Positions 34,140 to 36,636 of a stretch of 36,636 nt of DNA are shown piece by piece. This DNA comes from an uncultured Candidatus Bathyarchaeia archaeon. GTDB lineage: Archaea; Thermoproteota; Bathyarchaeia; TCS64. The stretch covers positions 1 through 36,636 of the forward strand of contig CAYONH010000003.1 in assembly GCA_964405275.1 (NCBI GenBank). Direction: 5' to 3'. The notes beneath the pieces are model-generated. The model saw only the letters and a program-made list of their open reading frames with translations. It made no database searches and was not told where the DNA came from. The position numbers and the translations under genes were made by a program. Within the stretch, counting starts at the first letter, position 1. Every line of letters starts with the position of its first letter.

Positions 34140-35180
34140 TTGGGAGTCAAACTCGGAGGCCTCCTTGAGGCCAAGAAGGTTGCCATCGAGGACCTCGCTG
34201 GACGCCAAGTAGCCTTCGACGGACACAACATCCTCTACCAGTTTCTAGCCAGCATCAGGGGACGCACGGGGGAGCCCCTGAAGGACAGCCAGGGCCGGGT
34301 GACGAGCCACCTCAGCGGCCTCATCTACAGGAACTCCAACCTCATCGAGGCCGGAGTACGGATAGCGTACGTCTTCGACGGGACGCCCCACAGCTTCAAG
34401 AGGAAGGTCATCAGGGAGAGGCAGCAGGTCCGCAGGGTGGCACGGCGCAAGTACGAGACCGCCGTTAAGGACGGGAAGCCGGAGGAGGCTCGGAGGTACG
34501 GGCAGGCGTCAGTCTCGGCCACGACGGATATAGTCGCCGACGCGAAGAGGCTGCTCACTTTAATGGGTGTCCCGTGGGTGCAGGCACCCGGGGAGGGGGA
34601 GGCCCAGTCGTCTTACATGGCCCTGAAGGGGGATGTCTGGGCCTCCGCTAGCCAGGACTTCGACTGTCTCATGTTCGGAGCCCCCAGGCTTCTGCGTAAC
34701 CTCTCCATCACCGGGCGGAGGAAGCTTCCCCGGAAGAACGTCTACATCAAGATCGAGCCTGAGCTGCTGGAGCTTGATAGGCTCCTCCATGAGACGGAAC
34801 TCACCCGGGAGCAGCTCATCGACGTCGGCATTCTGGTGGGTACCGACTACAATCCGGATGGTATCAAAGGGGTCGGCCCCAAGACCGCCCTCAAGCTCAT
34901 TAGGGAGCACGGTAGCATCGAGGGGGCGCTGCCCCACATCAAGAACGCCGAGTTCCCCCACCCCGTCGACGAGATGAGGGAGCTATTCCTCAACCCCAGG
35001 ACCACCGACGACTACACGCTGGAGTGGAGGGAGCCGGACAGGGCGGGGATAATCGCCTTCCTCTGCGGTGAGCGCGACTTCAGCAGGGACCGGGTCGTCA
35101 AGGCTGTGGAGAAGATAGAGAGCGGAACCAAGAAGTCCAAGGGCAGGGTGACCTTGGAGCGTTGGTTCCAGCCCTCGTGA
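34140..35180 (+). CDS. fen: flap endonuclease 1
   Basis: 346 aa. Contains VAFDGHNILYQFL, YVFDGTPHSFK, QAPGEGEAQSSYM, SQDFDCLMFGAP and LVGTDYN, plus a C-terminal PIP-like TLERWF. TTG start (MGVKLG). Confidence 0.92.
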   Translation: MGVKLGGLLEAKKVAIEDLAGRQVAFDGHNILYQFLASIRGRTGEPLKDSQGRVTSHLSGLIYRNSNLIEAGVRIAYVFDGTPHSFKRKVIRERQQVRRVARRKYETAVKDGKPEEARRYGQASVSATTDIVADAKRLLTLMGVPWVQAPGEGEAQSSYMALKGDVWASASQDFDCLMFGAPRLLRNLSITGRRKLPRKNVYIKIEPELLELDRLLHETELTREQLIDVGILVGTDYNPDGIKGVGPKTALKLIREHGSIEGALPHIKNAEFPHPVDEMRELFLNPRTTDDYTLEWREPDRAGIIAFLCGERDFSRDRVVKAVEKIESGTKKSKGRVTLERWFQPS

Positions 35181-35271
35181 TGGGCCTTCCTACTCAGGTT
35201 GGAATTTTATAAAGCTCGCGCCAAGGCTTCAAGCTTTTATCGGTGTAGGTCGGGTTAGTAGGGAGTGACCC

Positions 35272-36459
35272 TTGAGCGGTGAGATGTCGCGCTCCCTGAA
35301 GCTTTTGCTCGTCGTACAGCTGCTCCAGGGCTTCCGAGGGGGGATCATCTCCCCAATCCTGGCTCTTTTCATCAGGAGGCAGGGGGTCTCCGTGACCCAG
35401 CTGGGCCTGCTAGGTACCGCCGGGATGATGGGCTGGCTCATCTTCGAGCCTCTCTCAGGGGTGATCGCAGACAGGGTCAAGAAGAAGTACATGCTCGCCT
35501 TCGGCGTCGTGGCCTCCACCGCCATCTACGCTCTGTACCCGATGGCCAGCGAGATCTGGCATTTCGCCCTCCTCGCCTTCGCCATGTCATCTGTTATGTC
35601 CTTCTACTCGATATCTGTGAAGTCCCTTACCGCGGAGCTCCTGCCCACCTCCGGACGGGGGAGGGCCTACGGGAGATTCCTCGCAGCCATCTCGATCGGG
35701 GGGATCGCCGGCCCATTCGTTGGAGGCTACTTGGCCGACGCTCTGGGCTACTCCATCCCGTTCTACCTCTCGGCTGCTGTGGGCCTCGTCTCGCTGGTAG
35801 GCATCTTTCTCCTAAAGCATGAGAGTGGAGCTCAGGAGGTTTCGGAGGATGCCTCGGATAGTGGCGGCATCATGTCGAGGCCAGTGATGACGATATTCCT
35901 GGTCCGCGGTCTCTACTTTTTCGACCTCGTCTTCAGGCAGAACTTCCTCCCCGTCTACCTCAACGAGAGCCCCGCAATAGGGGCCTCCGAGACGGAGATC
36001 GGGGCGTACATGAGCATCCTCCGCGTTATGTCGGCCCTCTCACAATCCTTCCTCGGAGACGTCATCGACAGGGTGGGGTGCAGGGTGGTCATAGTCTCGA
36101 GCCTCGGGCTCGGGGGGCTCGGCTATCTTGGGCTCCTCGCTTTGAGGGGGGTCTTCCCTCTGTACGTGCTCGGGGTCTTCCAGGGGGTGTTCATGGCTGC
36201 GGCGAACATGGGGATGATGATCCACCTGATGGACGTCATGCCCGCGGGGAGGACGGGGATGGTGATGGGGCTCTACTCGGAGGCTGAAAACGTGGGTGGC
36301 ATGATAGCCGCCCCCTCCCTGGGCTACGTCTATGACTCCGTGGGCTCGGCGTACTCGGTGCTCTACGTGGTGGGGGCATTGATGCTAAATGCACTGCTTT
36401 CTGCTCTCTTGATAAAGAAAAAGAGGGCGACCGTCGAGGTCATTGGCGAAATTACTTGA
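35272..36459 (+). CDS. MFS transporter
   Basis: 395 aa with about 12 TM segments and the motif-A-like GVIADRVKKK. The start is TTG at 35272 or ATG at 35284. Confidence 0.85.
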   Translation: MSGEMSRSLKLLLVVQLLQGFRGGIISPILALFIRRQGVSVTQLGLLGTAGMMGWLIFEPLSGVIADRVKKKYMLAFGVVASTAIYALYPMASEIWHFALLAFAMSSVMSFYSISVKSLTAELLPTSGRGRAYGRFLAAISIGGIAGPFVGGYLADALGYSIPFYLSAAVGLVSLVGIFLLKHESGAQEVSEDASDSGGIMSRPVMTIFLVRGLYFFDLVFRQNFLPVYLNESPAIGASETEIGAYMSILRVMSALSQSFLGDVIDRVGCRVVIVSSLGLGGLGYLGLLALRGVFPLYVLGVFQGVFMAAANMGMMIHLMDVMPAGRTGMVMGLYSEAENVGGMIAAPSLGYVYDSVGSAYSVLYVVGALMLNALLSALLIKKKRATVEVIGEIT

Positions 36460-36636
36460 ATAGAATGATCATGCCTAATGTGAGGCAAAAGAATAGCAGC
36501 TGTATTATGATAGCTGGCATCACGTCTGACAACTCTCCTTCTCTAGAGTCAGGTTCGACCGTCAACGCTCTCCCTCCGGCGTGTTGACCGTTTTAACCCG
36601 ATACGGTAAGCTCATGCGTGCTTTTCCTCCGGAATT

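Noticed and set aside
36460-36636. An imperfect hairpin GTCAACGC...GCGTGTTGAC (36560-36587) and GGTTCGA-like sequence at the right edge, considered as a tRNA or structured ncRNA
   Set aside because: No cloverleaf can be drawn, and only short ORFs (17-39 aa) are present. The window ends here, so the element cannot be evaluated.
1-36636. CRISPR arrays, long tandem repeats, inteins, or in-frame stop (Sec/Pyl) recoding
   Set aside because: No regularly spaced direct repeats were seen in any non-coding gap. All large proteins have family-typical lengths without insertions. No well-supported gene requires read-through of a stop codon.

Overview
This is a dense archaeal chromosomal segment. Evidence for archaeal origin: class I LysRS, Rpo7/Spt4, S24e/S27ae, proteasome beta, aCPSF1/FttA, Cdc48, FEN1, glycerol-1-phosphate dehydrogenase, SepF, and tRNA introns with bulge-helix-bulge motifs. 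Coding DNA is GC-rich, about 58-62% in hand-counted 60-nt lines. GTG/TTG starts and 4-8 nt gene overlaps are frequent. SepF implies FtsZ-based division, so a euryarchaeal or Thermoplasmatota-like host is plausible. The taxon cannot be fixed without a database search. I support 44 CDS and 3 tRNAs; tRNA-Lys(UUU) and tRNA-Gly(CCC) each carry a canonical 37/38 intron. Two CDS are below the ORF-track size cut-off: rps27ae at 4744..4911 and a 57-aa membrane ORF at 26774..26947. Several track ORFs appear over-extended at the 5' end and were trimmed. Recognised syntenies are rpo7-spt4-DPCK(DUF359)-rps24e-rps27ae, psmB-fttA, and nob1-nadK-pcm. I see no CRISPR array, transposase, integrase, toxin-antitoxin pair or recognisable defence gene. 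Most of the window is housekeeping, and I cannot demonstrate a complete novel system. The least explained parts are: (i) a tandem pair of paralogous TrmB-like wHTH genes with unrelated C-terminal domains, a small acidic ORF and a palindromic candidate operator (9786-11650); (ii) three clustered amidohydrolase-superfamily genes (18928-23370); (iii) an orphan type IV pilin-like gene plus wHTH gene behind a 335-bp AT-rich region (13186-14393); (iv) a 74-aa ORF wedged between cdc48 and fen1; (v) a low-GC left edge (1-1513) holding a secreted Gly-rich peptide ORF and a duplicated Lrp/AsnC regulator.
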